Positions 1 through 13,360 of a stretch of 64,000 nt of DNA are shown here, piece after piece. The notes beneath the pieces were generated by a model. The model worked only from the letters and a program-made list of their open reading frames with translations. It had not been told where the DNA came from and searched no databases. A program made the position numbers and the translations under genes. Origin of the DNA: the human T2T-CHM13v2.0 reference genome, Homo sapiens; NCBI RefSeq assembly GCF_009914755.1, contig NC_060926.1; one strand, written 5' to 3'. Within the stretch, counting starts at the first letter, position 1; the number at the start of each line of letters is the position of its first letter.

Positions 1-812
1 AGCATACACAACCTACACACATACACACACAGACATACACATACAACCTACATACACACACACAAACACACACGCATATACACAACTATACACATATAAT
101 CTACACACACACACATATACACACCTACACATACATATACAACCTACACGCAGATATACACCAATATACACACAGACACAAAAAAAACCAGACACACATA
201 TATACATATACACACCTACACACACATATACAACCTACACACAAAGACATACACACACAATAGACATAGACACACACATGAACACACAAAGATACATATA
301 CACACCTACACACACAGCCTAGAAAGACACACATACAGATACACAGACATAGACAAAAACACACAAAGACACAGACACACACACATATACAACATATACA
401 CAGACACACACACATACAGACACAGACATATATATACACCTACACATACATATACAACCTACACACACACAGACATAAAAACTCACAAATACACACCTAC
501 ATACACAGAGACATATACAACCTATACACACACAGATACACAGAGATACACAGTCACACACGCACTTATACACACCTACACACACACAACACACAGACAC
601 AAAGATACACAGACATACGCACAAACTCACAGACACACACACAAAGACACATACATACACCTACACGCACACAAACACACACAGAGACACAAAGACACAA
701 AGACCCAGATACACACACTTATGCACAGACACACATACAGATACACAGACAGCAGGTACATACTTAACACACAGGCACAGAGACACACAGACCCATAGAC
801 ACACAGATACAC
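1..812. repeat. Degenerate CA/CATA/CAGA-rich simple repeat
   Basis: acacacatacacacagac-type low-complexity tract running off the left edge. Confidence 0.95.
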
Positions 813-2459
813 ATTTTTTAAAATCCTTGTGCCTTGTTAACTCTCTGAGACTTTACGTGGACACTATTCCACAGGGTCTGACGGAGTCACCGACATTGAC
901 ACATCTCAGCTGAGAAGGGGCGAATGGACTCCTGGGCCTGCGTCTGGTACCCCCCTGGCAGACAGGACGGCTGGAAAGTGGAGGTGGATAAATGATTTTG
1001 TTTGTTTGTTTCTTCCACAAACACAGGCTGGCCACTTCCCGTGTGACAGGGACTCTGCATGGGCCTAAGATAAAAACATCACGAGAGGCAGCGTCTGCTT
1101 CCAGGAATTGCATAGGAAGTGAGGCAGAGAAGTCATTTCCCGGCGCCTGGAAGCCGCTGCCCCACACAGGACAGCAGGTGGGGAGAGGCGGCCTCCTGGC
1201 ATGGAAAACGGTGAGGAAAGCTGTCTGAGAGCGGCCTCTGCGCGCCGGGCAGGAGGCAGTGCTGACGTCACAGGCAGCCTGTAGCCCTGACATGGGGACA
1301 AATAGCTCCCCCAGCCTGAACGACTTCAGCATCACCCATGTGTGGAAGAGCTGTTCAACGGTCGCCACCGCAGATAATTCAATTCAGCTTAGCAGAGTCT
1401 GTCTCTTTAAGAAAGTGAAGAAGAGGGCAATATAATTTTTAAAAGTGACAACAGGCAAAATCTAGATTATGTGGGAAATACGCTTGAAAGCGGCACCTTT
1501 AAAGTGATGCTGGATGCCCAAGATTATTTCTGGGCATTGATTCATTAGACAGGCAACAAACGCCATCTGAGCAGCTGCCACCAGCCAGGCACTGCCCTGG
1601 GCCGGAAGCTGCAGCATGTCCATCTGTCCATCCTCGGGAAGCCTCTTAGCCCCACATCTAAACACAGGGCACGACCCGGCCAAATCACCAAAACCCAGTC
1701 TGCGGACCGCTCACACTTCCCCGTGGTGTCTCAGGATGAGGTAATATGGGGGCAGCCCCGGGGGAAAGTCCCCAGACAGCAGCCGACGCCAATCCACATT
1801 TCCCGCAGCGACAAGCAAGAAAAAGAGAAAGGAATTCCTGTCTGGCCACGGCTCTGCCTCATCCTCTGAGCATCAGCTTCTCCATCTGTAAACTGGGGCA
1901 GTCTGCTCCGCCTGCCTGTCTCTGGGAGGATGTGTGGGAGGGGACGGCCGAGGGGCTCCGTAGAACGAAGGGCCTTCCTACAGCCATCCTGCACTCAAGG
2001 TTTGCCCGGCTCACAGAAGGACCTGGCTGACCACCACAGAGCTACCTGCAGACGCGGGTTCGAAGGAAGGCCTGGGTGATCCTGAGTCTAACTGTGCAGC
2101 TCTCCTTGCTCATCTGCCCACACTCCGGAGCGTGCTGAGTCCAGAGGACCCTGCGCCGAGTTCTGTTCAGCTCCCTTTATCATGTGTTCACTCACACTCC
2201 ATTAAAACAGGGAACAACCCCTCTGCGGACCCCAAATTTCCCCCTCTGGGATATTAAAGTACATGACGGGTAAGAGCTTGCACCAATTAATACAACAGCC
2301 CACAAAATGCCAAGGGAGGGTCCAGCCGCCTTCATGGACTGAGCACTTTGTACACAATACACGTTGTACCCAGTCCTGGGCTACCAAGGAGTGCTTCTGA
2401 CCAAATGTGGTGGGGAACTCAGGGAAGGCTGGAGGCTGAGGCTGGAAAGGGGGGCGGAG

Positions 2460-2592
2460 GTACACCTGAGTGTAAAGGACCTGAGAGGGAGGCACACCTG
2501 AGTGGGAGGTCCACGTGGGTGAGAGGTTCATCTCGGTGGGAGGTCCACCTGGAGGGAGGTCCTGAAAGGAGGAAGGGCATCTGAGTGGAGGC
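2460..2592. repeat. Degenerate ~17-bp tandem repeat (cacctgagtgggaggt-like)
   Basis: About 7 diverged copies. Confidence 0.5.
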
Positions 2593-2714
2593 AGGGGCAA
2601 TCACAGGAAACCAGCCTGGGGAGGGGGCAGAGTCCGGTCGTGTGGGACGTGGCAGGAGGTGCAGATGCTGGGCTATATCCTGCAGAGCAGGAATGGGAGA
2701 CGTGTGTGCATAGG

Positions 2715-2900
2715 GGATGGAAAACCCCACTGAAATGATCTTAAGTAAAAAGGGAAATGAGTCTGTTGGCTCATATAATGCAAAGCTCCTGGGCAGGCTC
2801 GAAATGACAGCTGGGTCCAGATGTTCAAAGTGTGTCTGTAGGTCCCAGACTCTCTTCCTTTCTCCCTCGCTCCTCTCTCTCTCTGAAGTTTGCCATCTCT
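2715..2900. mobile_element. Old LTR fragment (LTR33/MLT1-like)
   Basis: gaaaaccccactgaaatgatcttaagtaaaaagggaaatg...ttggctcatataa resembles recalled consensus. Confidence 0.4.
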
Positions 2901-4419
2901 TTCCCATCTCTAGCCCCACATCTGCACCAGCTTCTCCCCTCCACCTTTCTGCTCCTTCCGGCTCTCTTTCCTACTCTCATCCTCATTGCCTTCACCTTCC
3001 GCACAAGACCCCTCTCCACACGTTGGCTCCCAGCAGATCCACATGCACGTTAACCTGAGTGTTGGCTGTCCCAGTAGACAGGGGTCTTCTGCTTCCTAAG
3101 ACTTCCCCAAAAAATCCTGGATAAAAACTTGAACCACCTTTGGTGATGTGCTCTTCCTGGAGGCATAGCAGGGGCGAACATCCCCACCATAGCAACCTGG
3201 ACTGAGAATAGGGGAAGACTGAAGTGTAGCTGCCAGGACACAGCCTGGCGGAACTGGGCACCCCGGCTCGAGGAGGACTCAGGCCAGGCATTCTTCGCAG
3301 AGATCCAGGTGGTAGAGGGCAGGGAGGGAAACCAAGGCATATCAGAAGGAACCCCAAGGAGGGCAGAGCAAGTCCGAGAATGCTCACAGCAGGCAGAGAC
3401 CTTTCCCAGAGAGGGAATGAAGGAAATTTTGGGGAGAGAGGCCCTTGGGGTTGACCATGAAGGACAGGAAAGATGAGGATGGGCTCTGAGGTCACCCCAG
3501 CCACCAAAAGCAACAGAAAAGACCCCTGTGGCCTCACATCCTGTGCCCACAACAGCAGGGTTCTCTCAACCCACGGAAGTTCCCTGTGGACCAATCCAGA
3601 TGCAGGTGCAGTGTGTAGGAGTCTGGGCAGGCAGAGAGGAAGGGAGCAGTGAGAATGCACCAGAGCTGCTTGGCCAGTCTTCTGGTTTGTCCAGGGACTG
3701 AGTGTTGCTGATAGTTGAGGCCACATTCATTTTTGAGATCTGCAGATGTTAGATGTTATTGATTTCTAAGTGCAATAAAGTTGAGTAGCACTGATCTAAA
3801 ATACTTCCCCTCAGTCTGGCAGAAATACAGCCATTAGGGTTTGATTTAGAACCATCATTAGGAAGAATAATCAGAACACCAAGATCCTTTCTTTCCCAGC
3901 ACAAGCAGGCTCTCGGCCATCGGGCATGTCATAATCTTGGAAGGTAAAACCCAAGCCCATGGGCACGAAAAAGTACTTCTGGGGAATTTTAACAGGAAAC
4001 ATTCTCCCTCCCTGCCTCCACCCTTGGAGACACCACTTCTGCACGGTGGTGCTTTTCAGCTGGGGAAGGTGAGTCAAGAGTTTGACTCATTGAATGATTC
4101 TTATCCTTCCCTAGTTTATGTCCGATAATGGAGAGGGGATGATTAGTAACACAGATGCAAAAGCAGCCCTGCCTTGAACCACTTCTCAGAGACAAGTTCA
4201 GGCCAACTCTGCTCTGAACACAGATCCAGTTCCATCTCAACTCGGAATAAAGATTCCCAGTCCAGGTAAAGGGCACTCATCATCTTCTCACCATTGCCTT
4301 CGTAGAAAGCACTTGCAAATGCACCTGCCACAGCTTCCAGCCTCACAACTGCCCTTCCTCTCCTTCCGCAGGATGACACCCATCCCCTGGGCGAATGCCC
4401 CATGTGCCCTGGAAAACCA

Positions 4420-5600
4420 CATGTGCAGTTGTTGGGTGCAGTGTCACATGGATGCTGATTGGATCACGGGAATTGGCAGTACTTGAAGATCATCTAGGTC
4501 TTAATTTTTTTTCTAGTTATTTTATCAATTGCCGAGAGAGGAGTATTAAAGTCTTCTGCTTTGTGAAAAAGTCTATTTCTCCCTTTAATTCATGTAATCA
4601 TAATTACACACTGGTAACTTATGCCTTCCTGATAATTTTTCCTTTTATTACTATGAAATGTCCTTCTTTGTCTCTGGTAATATTATTTGTATTCAGTCTG
4701 TTTTATCTGGTATTAACATAGCCATCCAGTCTTCTGTGCTCAATGTTTCCATGGTATGATTTTTGCCATCTATTGAACTTCTACCTATGTGTATCTTTAA
4801 TTTTAAAGCATGACTCTTGAAAACAATACTGGGGTTGTTTTTATTCGCTCAGTCTCCTTTTAAATTATTTTTAATATACAATGTGTAATTATTAATTAAT
4901 ATAATGTCATCGTGGATACAATTTGGTTTAAAATTACCATTTTTTTCTGTGTGTCTGTTCTGCTTTTGTTCCTCTGTCTTTCAGATTAAATCTTTTTAGT
5001 ATCCCATCTAAATTTATATTGCATTTTGCTGTATCTCTTTGAATCATTCTTTTAACAGCTGCTCTAATTATTGCAATAGACACATGTCATCTTTCACAGT
5101 TGGCTTGGAATTAATCGGACACCACTTCCTGTAGAGTGTGGAAAACCTGCAGCTCCACAGTCCTCCTCAGTGACCTTCCTGTCATGGATGTCAGGTGTTT
5201 TACATCTGTGTATATTGAAAACCACGCCAAACAGTATGAATGTTCCTTTCCACGCTCACAAATTTTAAATAACTAAGAGAAAAAGAAGTAGTCTTTTATA
5301 TTTGTTCTGATATTTACTGTTTCCACTTCTCTTTCCTCATTCCTAAATATCCAAGTTTGCCCTGGCACTCTTTTCACTCATGCTGAACAAGTTCCATATG
5401 AAGACTTTCACTAGGCCGGGTCTGTTAGTGACAAATTCTCTGTATTTTGCTAAGGTCATCTGGAACTAAATGTATTTTGCCTTCGTCAGATGGATTTTGT
5501 TGTTGTTGTTGACAGTCTCCTAACACTTTCAAGCTGCACCTTCATGTGCCGGTTTCTAGAGAGAAATCCAGTCACTCAAATCATACCTCCACTAAATGTA
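4420..5600 (-). mobile_element. Ancient L1M fragment
   Basis: T-rich antisense ORF2-like text (gagagaggagtattaaagtct; tatgaaatgtccttctttgtctctggtaata). Confidence 0.7.
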
Positions 5601-5829
5601 ATTGTGCTTTCAGTTTTAACGCGAAATGTGGAACAGATGGAAACCTGCTTTCTTTGAATTTTAAATTATATGCTTACTGGCTAAGAAACACAGTAAAAGT
5701 AGCTATTTTTTTTGTAACCTGTGAATGTCAGAGAGACGGAGGAAGTGGTTCTTTCCTAACGTTGCTCAGCTGTGCCTGCTGAGGCTCGCCGGAGTGCCTT
5801 ATTTACTGATGCTCCAGACCACGCCCATC

Positions 5830-6270
5830 TGCTACAGCCACCCTGTCCCCAAAGCACAGGACATCCGCTGGCCCCTCCAGTGCAGCCCGCCACAGCTGGG
5901 CCACCACAACTGGACACCCACTGGCCCCATATAATGCAGCCTGCCACAGCTGGGCCATCACAACTGGACACCTGCTGGCCCCTATAATGCAGCCTGCCAC
6001 AGCTGAGCCACCACAACTGGACACCCACTGGCCCCATATAATGCAGCCCGCCATAGCTGAGCCATCACAACTGGACACCCACTGGCCCCTGCAGTGCAGC
6101 CTGTCACAGCTGAGCCGCCACAGCTGGACACCCGCCGGCCCCTGCAGTGCAGCCTGTCACAGCCGAGCCACCACAGCTGGACACCCGCTGGCCCCTGCAG
6201 TACAGCCCGCCACAGCCGAGCCGCCACAGCTGGACACCCGCTGGCCCCTGCAGTGCAGCCGCCACTGAGC
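5830..6270. repeat. Minisatellite, ~53-bp unit, ~8 copies
   Basis: gcagcctgccacagctgagccaccacaactggacacccactggcccc(atataat/tgcagt). Confidence 0.95.
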
Positions 6271-6712
6271 ATCACAACCGCAGTTGTCCACCGAGATCCA
6301 AACCCCGCATGGTCCTACCTGAGGCTTCAAGTCACGCTTCTTCACTCAGCCAAAGGTCTGTGCACGCGTCGTTCTGGCCCCCAGATTCTGCTCCTTGAGA
6401 TATGTGGCTGTTCCTCAACACTGGGGGAAGTTAAAGCCTGAGTTCAAAACCCATCGAGGCAGAAGCTCAGAAGTCACACGAATGAAGATCGAAATGTAAT
6501 ATTATTACCGACAATTGATAGCGAAGAAAATGGCTTCTTCCTGGTTGCCTGGTGAGTGTGTTAGAATTCCCTTCCTCCACCCTGCGTCCCTCAGTCTAGA
6601 TCCTGGGACAGTCCACCTGAAGGGCAGCTTGGGTCCACAGAGGTGACCTGTATTCATGATATTTGCCTCCTACCATCCAGAGAGGAGAAACAGAGATGGA
6701 ACTCTTCTCTGA

Positions 6713-7793
6713 TGAACCCCACCGAATGAGCAGGGTCCCCAGCTGCCTCCTGTTACTGGGGAGGGGGAAGGATGAGGCCCAGAGCCCACCGAATGAGCAG
6801 GATGCCCCAGCTGCCTCCTGTTACTGGGGATGAGGAAGGATGAGGCCAGGAGCCCATCGAATGAGCAGGGTGCCCCAGCTGCCTCCTGTTACTGGAGAGG
6901 AGGTAGGATGAGGCCAGGAGCCCATCGAACGAGCAGGGTCCCCAGCTGCCTCCTGTTACTGGGGAGGAGGAAGCATGAGGCCAGGATCCCATCGAACGAG
7001 CAGGGTCCCCAGCTGCCTCCTGTTACTGGGAAGGAAGAAAGATGAGGCCAGGAGCCCACCGAATGAGAAGGGTCCCCAGCTGCCTCCTGTTACTGGAGAG
7101 GAGATAGGATGAGGCCAGGAGCCCATCGAACGAGCAGGGTCCCCAGCTGCCTCCTGTTACTGGGGAGGGGGAAGGATGAGGCCCAGAGCCCACCGAATGA
7201 GCAGGATGCCCCAGCTGCCTCCTGTTACTGGGGATGAGGAAGGATGAGGCCAGGAGCCCATCGAATGAGCAGGGTGTCCCAGCTGCCTCCTGTTCCTGGG
7301 GAGGAGGAAGGATGAGGCCAGGAGCCCATCGAATGAGCAGGGTGCCCCAGCGGCCTCCTGTTACTGGAGAGGAGGTAGGATGAGGCCAGGAGCCCATCGA
7401 ACGAGCAGGGTCCCCAGCTGCCTCCTGTTACTGGGGAGGAGGAAGCATGAGGCCAGGATCCCATCGAATGAGCAGGGTCCCCAGCTGCCTCCTGTTACTG
7501 GGAAGGAAGAAAGATGAGGCCAGGAGCCCACCGAATGAGAAGGGTGCCCAGCTGCCTCCTGTTACTGGAGAGGAGGTAGGATGAGGCCAGGAGCCCATCG
7601 AACGAGCAGGGTCCCCAGCTGCCTCCTGTTACTGGGGAGGAGGAAGCATGAGGCCAGGATCCCATCGAATGAGCAGGGTCCCCAGCTGCCTCCTGTTACT
7701 GGGAAGGAAGAAAGATGAGGCCAGGAGCCCACCGAACGAGAAGGGTCCCCAGCTGCCTCCTGTTCCTGGGGAGGAGGAAGGATGAGGCCAGGA
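6713..7793. repeat. Minisatellite, 67-68-bp unit, 16 copies
   Basis: cgaatgagcagggtccccagctgcctcctgttactgg-[purine-rich variable part]-atgaggccaggagccca. Confidence 0.97.
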
Positions 7794-8185
7794 GTGACTC
7801 GGGAAGATGGCTTTTCAGAAAGCAAAGCATGGTGGCATGCTGTGCCCAAGGTGACTTGCCGCTTGTCCTTGGGATAAAATAGAACCAGCACCTCGCCTGT
7901 GGCCCAGTCTCCCCTGACTGGCTGCTCTCTCAGGTGGTGGCTGAGGGTTCCTAGTGCTCCAACACCTCCTCACCCATTCCCCACAGATCTGCGGCCCAGC
8001 ATTCCTCTCCCTTCCCACTTCTCCTCCTCTAAAGGCCATCCTCACCCTCCCCACCTTCCTCTGCACCAACGCCCCCGCTCGCCCCTCACTGTGGCCCACG
8101 GGCTCAGTCTTCTCCATGCTTCTCACTGCATTGCATGGTCTTGAGCTTCATCTTTCCCACCATTAATACCTCCAGTGCAAGGCTG

Positions 8186-8649
8186 TGACACAGATCCTCT
8201 CCTTGAGTAATTCTAGTCGGGCTCCTCTGAACTCTTCTCTCAACAGGGTCCTGATTTGGGGGCTTTTGTGTTCTTTTATGCAGTGTCCAACTTTATCAAA
8301 AATCCCACTAAATCATTTTAAGTGGAACCCCATGCCCTTGCTGCCTGGTTATCCTTGATATCCGACCAGTTCCTCATCCTCCCGTTGTCCTGGCCTGGCT
8401 TCTGTGGGACCCTGTTCAGTGGCTTACCCTGATACTTCCTCTCCCAATTTTCCACCCACTGACCACCCTCTGCTCCTGGCTGTAAAACCCCCCATGTCCT
8501 TGTTGTATTTGGAGTTGACCCTGATCTCTCCCCACTGCAAACCCCATTGTCATGGTCCCTGCACCTATCCCAGTGCCCCTCACAGTCCCGTGAATATAGC
8601 CTGCCTTCCTATTTTTAAACAAGTTTCAGGATAACCTTTTTCATCAACA
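8186..8649 (+). mobile_element. MER31-like solo LTR (ERV1)
   Basis: TG...CA ends; 5' tgacacagatcctctccttgagtaattctagtcgggctcctctga resembles recalled MER31. Confidence 0.7.
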
Positions 8650-11169
8650 TTTGACAAAGAATCAATGTTCAGTAAGTATGTGCTGAGTATCCAGTTACCA
8701 GTCTCCTTCCTACGGGCATCTCAGAGCAGACCACTGAGGAAAGAGGCTCAGGAGAGGCGGTGATGAGGGGAGGAGATTGGAAGGGGTGGTTTCAGGGTGG
8801 AACCCAGGCAAGGTGCTGGGCCCTGACTGGGGTGGGAGGACACAAGGAGACTGAGGAGGACAAGGAGTGAACAGCCTCCGTTTTACAAAAGTCTTGGAGG
8901 CCAGAGCCCCTTCCAAAGGACAAAAAGATTGTTTTCATCCTCAAGGAATTCTGGTTTAGGGCTTCCTCCCATGTTTAAAGAGGCTGGCCAAATCCCCCAC
9001 TCAGGGTATCATTTCTGTGGGTGATCTAATTGGGTGATGTGCAGAAAGAGACGTAGTTATTCTTGTAGTTTCCATGCAGAAAAAGACACCACTCCCACAC
9101 CAGCAGAGCTTCGTCCACGCCGGTCAGAGCGTTTCTTTTATGATGTGTCCACAAGGCTGCCCACGGCAGCGTACCCGACCTCGTCTCCTCCTGCTCTGTG
9201 TCCTTCTGAGGTGTCACAGGCATGGAACACACCACAGCCCATTCACTTGGGAGGCAACAACCAAGTTACCTGAGAGCTTGGGGGAAAATTACCAACAAAG
9301 AAATGCAACAAGGAGCTATGGGGTCCATTTATCTATTAAAAAAAGATTCAAAACAGCAACAATGATCATTGCTTGAGATGAAATTTTCTAACCTGTGCTT
9401 ACCAGAATTAAAAACTATCTATATTGTAATCCACAATCAGAGAAAAGAAAACCTAAAACAAAAAATCTATTATCTGATTGCAGGTGCCTTTTTGCAGTAA
9501 GGGAAACGTGGGTCACTCCGAGAGCATTCCCTCTCACGGGGCCAGAGCTGCGGCTCCTTGAGGACTCCCTCCTGGAAGACAGCGCTTTGGTTATAGAAAT
9601 GCCTTCACATTTCACATGGTGACTTTAGCCCTCCCCACACTGTTTGTGAGGCCCAGGGCTTCCCCATCCTCATCTCTCAATAGGGCAGAGACCCTGCGGG
9701 CCTGAGACAGTCATGGGGTGGAGGGAGCTGGGCCCAGATCCAGAAGCACTGGCCCTGAACCTACCCTTCCCACTTTCCTATACTCAGCCTCAAGTTAGCA
9801 AAACCGCACCCACACCTCCTGCTGGGAGAGGGAGGGACAGCTGGCCTCCCTAAGTCATCTGCTCTTATAAGAGAGAAAGACAAAAAGAGAGAGGGAGAGA
9901 GACAGACAGACAGAGTTCAGTGATTACTCATGCCTGTGAGCCAATATCACCAAATGAACAGAACAATCCCTACACAAAATCTTAGTGGATCATGAACTCC
10001 CAGGAGATGTTTTGGTAATTCAGAAGTGAACAATGAAAACCAAGTTCTGACCGAGTTTTAAAATTGTTGGCTGGAAACTTCCAAGGAGAGCTAGCACACT
10101 GGGTGGAGTCACTGCCTAGCCTTCTCCCACTGCGGGTGTGGGGACCTTGTGCCCAAGCCGGGGCTCTGGGTTCCTGGGACAGAAAGGCGGGACCCACAGC
10201 CCATGCAGCCATGCACACACAATGGCTCGCTTCAAATACAAGTTGCCAAAAGGAATTTTGGCTTTGTCTATGGGAACAATTATAAGTTTTAAAAACCGCA
10301 TTTTCCCTCTGGATATGTTCTAAAATGTCAACTTCCATGAGTCTTTTACAAGAGGCATAGGCCTTTAGTATTAAGGCTATTGAATTTATCTCATCTTTAA
10401 TAAAAGAAGAATTTGTTTTTGAAATTTAACAAGAATATAAATATCTTAATTATTATGTTAATTACTCTTGAAGGAATCGTAAACAAACAAAGAATGCGAA
10501 GCCTTCTACTCCTCAATTAAGTGTGACATTGATTGAAATGCAATGTGAATGTTCTCACAATATAACAAATTACTTCAATCTGGATTTAACCATGCGTCTC
10601 AGCTGTGATTATTGTTGCCCCCGCTGAGGGCGGAAAGGGGATGTGTTGGTAGGGTAGGGGAGAGGATGGAGACAGCAAGAGAAAAAGAGACAGAGCGAGT
10701 CAGGCTCGCTGCCATTATGAACTGCCATCAAGTTCAGGAAATCCGCTCACACATGAATGGCCCCACATGCAAATCAACCTGGGTTTTCCTCCTGAGCTGA
10801 GTTGTTTGGTTCTGTGACCTTGAGCAAGTCAGTTCCACTCTCTAAGTGGCACATCTTTATTGTGGAATAACAAATTTGGAAGGGGAGGGAGTGGGGCTCT
10901 ACTTCCAAAATCCTTCGTTCTGGAATGGCCTGGCCTGAGAGAGGAGTGGGCCAAGGAGGGGTGTGAACCCAGGTTGCTGGGAGAGGTGAGGGGAGCAAGT
11001 GCTCCAGGAGGAGCCTCCGAGGGGAGGGCAAGGTGGGGTGGGGGAGGGCCCTTCAGGGAAGGGGCCAGGGTGCAGAGTGCTGGGGTCTGGAGCAGGAGAT
11101 AGACAGTGGGGTCTCCCTCCGCACAGTTATGGAAGCCTGTGCTGCCCCTCCCCCCCCTTCTCTCATCAT

Positions 11170-11288
11170 CAATGTTCTTCAAACTTTTACATCACCCAAA
11201 GGGCTCTACTGAAACACACATTGCTGGGCCCCAGCCCCAGTAATCCCCACTTGATAGGACAGGAGTAGACATGAAGAAATTTGCATTT
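11170..11288. mobile_element. MER5A-like DNA transposon fragment
   Basis: caatgttcttcaaactt...aaacacacattgctgggcccc...gaaatttgcattt. Confidence 0.55.
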
Positions 11289-13360
11289 ACAATCCCATTT
11301 TTAATAGCTACAAAAACAGTAAAATACCTAGGAACACAGATAACCAGAGAGGTGAACGATCTCTGCAAGGAAAACTACAAAACACTGCTGAAAGAAATCA
11401 AAGATGATACCAAAAAATGGAAAAACATCCCATGCTCATGGATTGGAAGAATCAATATCACTGAAATGGCCATACTGTCCAAAGCAATTTATAGATTAAG
11501 TGCAATTCCTCTCAAACTACCAATGACATTATTTTCACAGAATTAGAAAAAGCTATTCTAAAATTCACATGGAACCAAAAAAGAGCCCGAATAGCCAAAG
11601 CAATCTTAAGCAAAAAGAAGAAAGCCAGAGACCTCACATTACCGAACTTCACACTGTACTACAAAACCACAGCAACCAAAACTGCATGGTATAGGTAGAA
11701 AAAAGACACATAGACCAATGAAACACAAAAGATAACCCACAAATAAAGCCACACATCCCATCTTCAACAAAGCTGACAAAAACAACAAATGGAGAAAAGG
11801 CCCTTAATTCAATAAATAGTGCTGGAATAACTGGCCAGCCATACACAGAAGATTGAAACTGGACCCTTCCCTTTCACCATATTCAAAAATCAACTCAAGA
11901 TGGATTTCAAAGACTTCAGCGTAAGGCCTCAAACTATAAAAATCCTAGAAGAAAACCTAGGAAATGCTCTTCTCTATATGAGTCTTGGCAAAAAACTTAT
12001 GGCTAAGTCCTCAAAAGCAATTACTACAAAAACAAAATTGACAGATGAGACCTAATGAAGCTAAAGAGCTTCTATACAGCTAGAAAAACTATCAACAGAG
12101 TAAACAGACAACCTGCAGAATGGGAGAAGATACTCACAAACTATGCATCCAACAGAGGTCTAATATCCAGTATCTATAAGGAGCTTAAATCCACAAGCAA
12201 AAGACAAATAACCCCCATTAAAAAGTGGGCAAAGGACATGAATGGACGCTTCTCAGAAGAAGAAATACAAGCAGCCAACACATACATGAAAAAATGCTCA
12301 GCATCACTAATCATCGCAGAAATGGAAATCAAAATCGCAGGCAGACACCATTTCACAGCAGTCAGAATGGCTTTTACCAAAAAGTCAAAAAGTAGCAGAT
12401 GTTGGTGAGGATGCAGAGAAAAGGATACACTTATACACTGTTGTTGGGAATGGAAATTAGTCCAGCCACTGTGGGAAGCAGTTTGGAGATTTCTCAGAGA
12501 ACTCTGAGTTGAACTACCATTCAACCCAGCAATCCCATTCCTGGGTATATGCCCAAAGGAAAACAAATCATTCTACCAAGAGGACACATGCACCCATATG
12601 TTCTGCAGCACAGTTCACAATGGCAAAGATGTGGATCAACCCAGGTGCCCATCACTGGTGGATTAGATAAACAAAATATGGTACATACACACCATGGAAT
12701 ACTATGCAGCCATAAAACAAAACAAAATTATGTCCTTTGCAGCAACATGGATGGAGCTGCAAGCCATTGTAGTAAGTAAATTAACATAGGAACAGAAAAT
12801 CAAATACCACATGTTCTCACTTATAAGTGGGAGTCAACGCTGGACACTCACAGACACGGTGAAAGGAAAATAGATCCAGGGACCCCCAAATCACTTAGCT
12901 AAAGGGAGAAGGGAGAAGCCAAGCTGAGAACTGCTTAGGACCAACCTGCCTCCCGTTCTATTCAAAGTCACTCCTCTGCTCACTGAGATAAATGCACATC
13001 TGATTGCCTCCTTTGGAGAGGCTCATCAGAAACTCAAAAGGAGGCAACCATTTGTCTCTTACCTACCTATGACCTGGAAGCCCCCGTCTGCTTCGAGTCT
13101 TCCTGCCTTTGCTTCGAGTTGTCCCGCCTTTCCAGACCGAACCAATGTTCATCCTACATGTGTTGATTGATGTCTCATGTCTCCCTAGAATGTATAAAAC
13201 CAAACGGTGCTCTCACCACCTTGGACACCTGTCATCAGGACCTCCCGAGGCTGTGTCACAGGTGCGCGTCCCCAACATTGGCAAAATAAATTTTCTAAAT
13301 TAACTGAGGCCTGGCTCAAATTTTCCAGGTTCACAACACAAAGAAGGGAACAATAGACAA
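11289..13360 (+). mobile_element. 5'-truncated L1 (L1PB-like): ORF2 C-terminal part and 3'UTR, interrupted by MER4A1
   Basis: ORF2 peptides [30 protein letters not shown] and [10 protein letters not shown]; frameshifted; 3'UTR resumes at 13340. Confidence 0.95.
12858..13335 (+). mobile_element. MER4A1-like solo LTR (ERV1) inserted in L1 3'UTR
   Basis: gtgaaaggaaaatagatcc...aataaa...ggttcaca; 4-bp TSD ACAC (12854-57, 13336-39). Confidence 0.88.

Noticed and set aside
1-812. Cys/Val-rich ORFs (also 50559-51563)
   Set aside because: Translations of CA/TG simple repeats.
5756-7891. Repetitive ORFs and CRISPR-like periodicity (also 15138-15310, 32889-33690)
   Set aside because: Head-to-tail minisatellites with no unique spacers and no cas genes, in human DNA.
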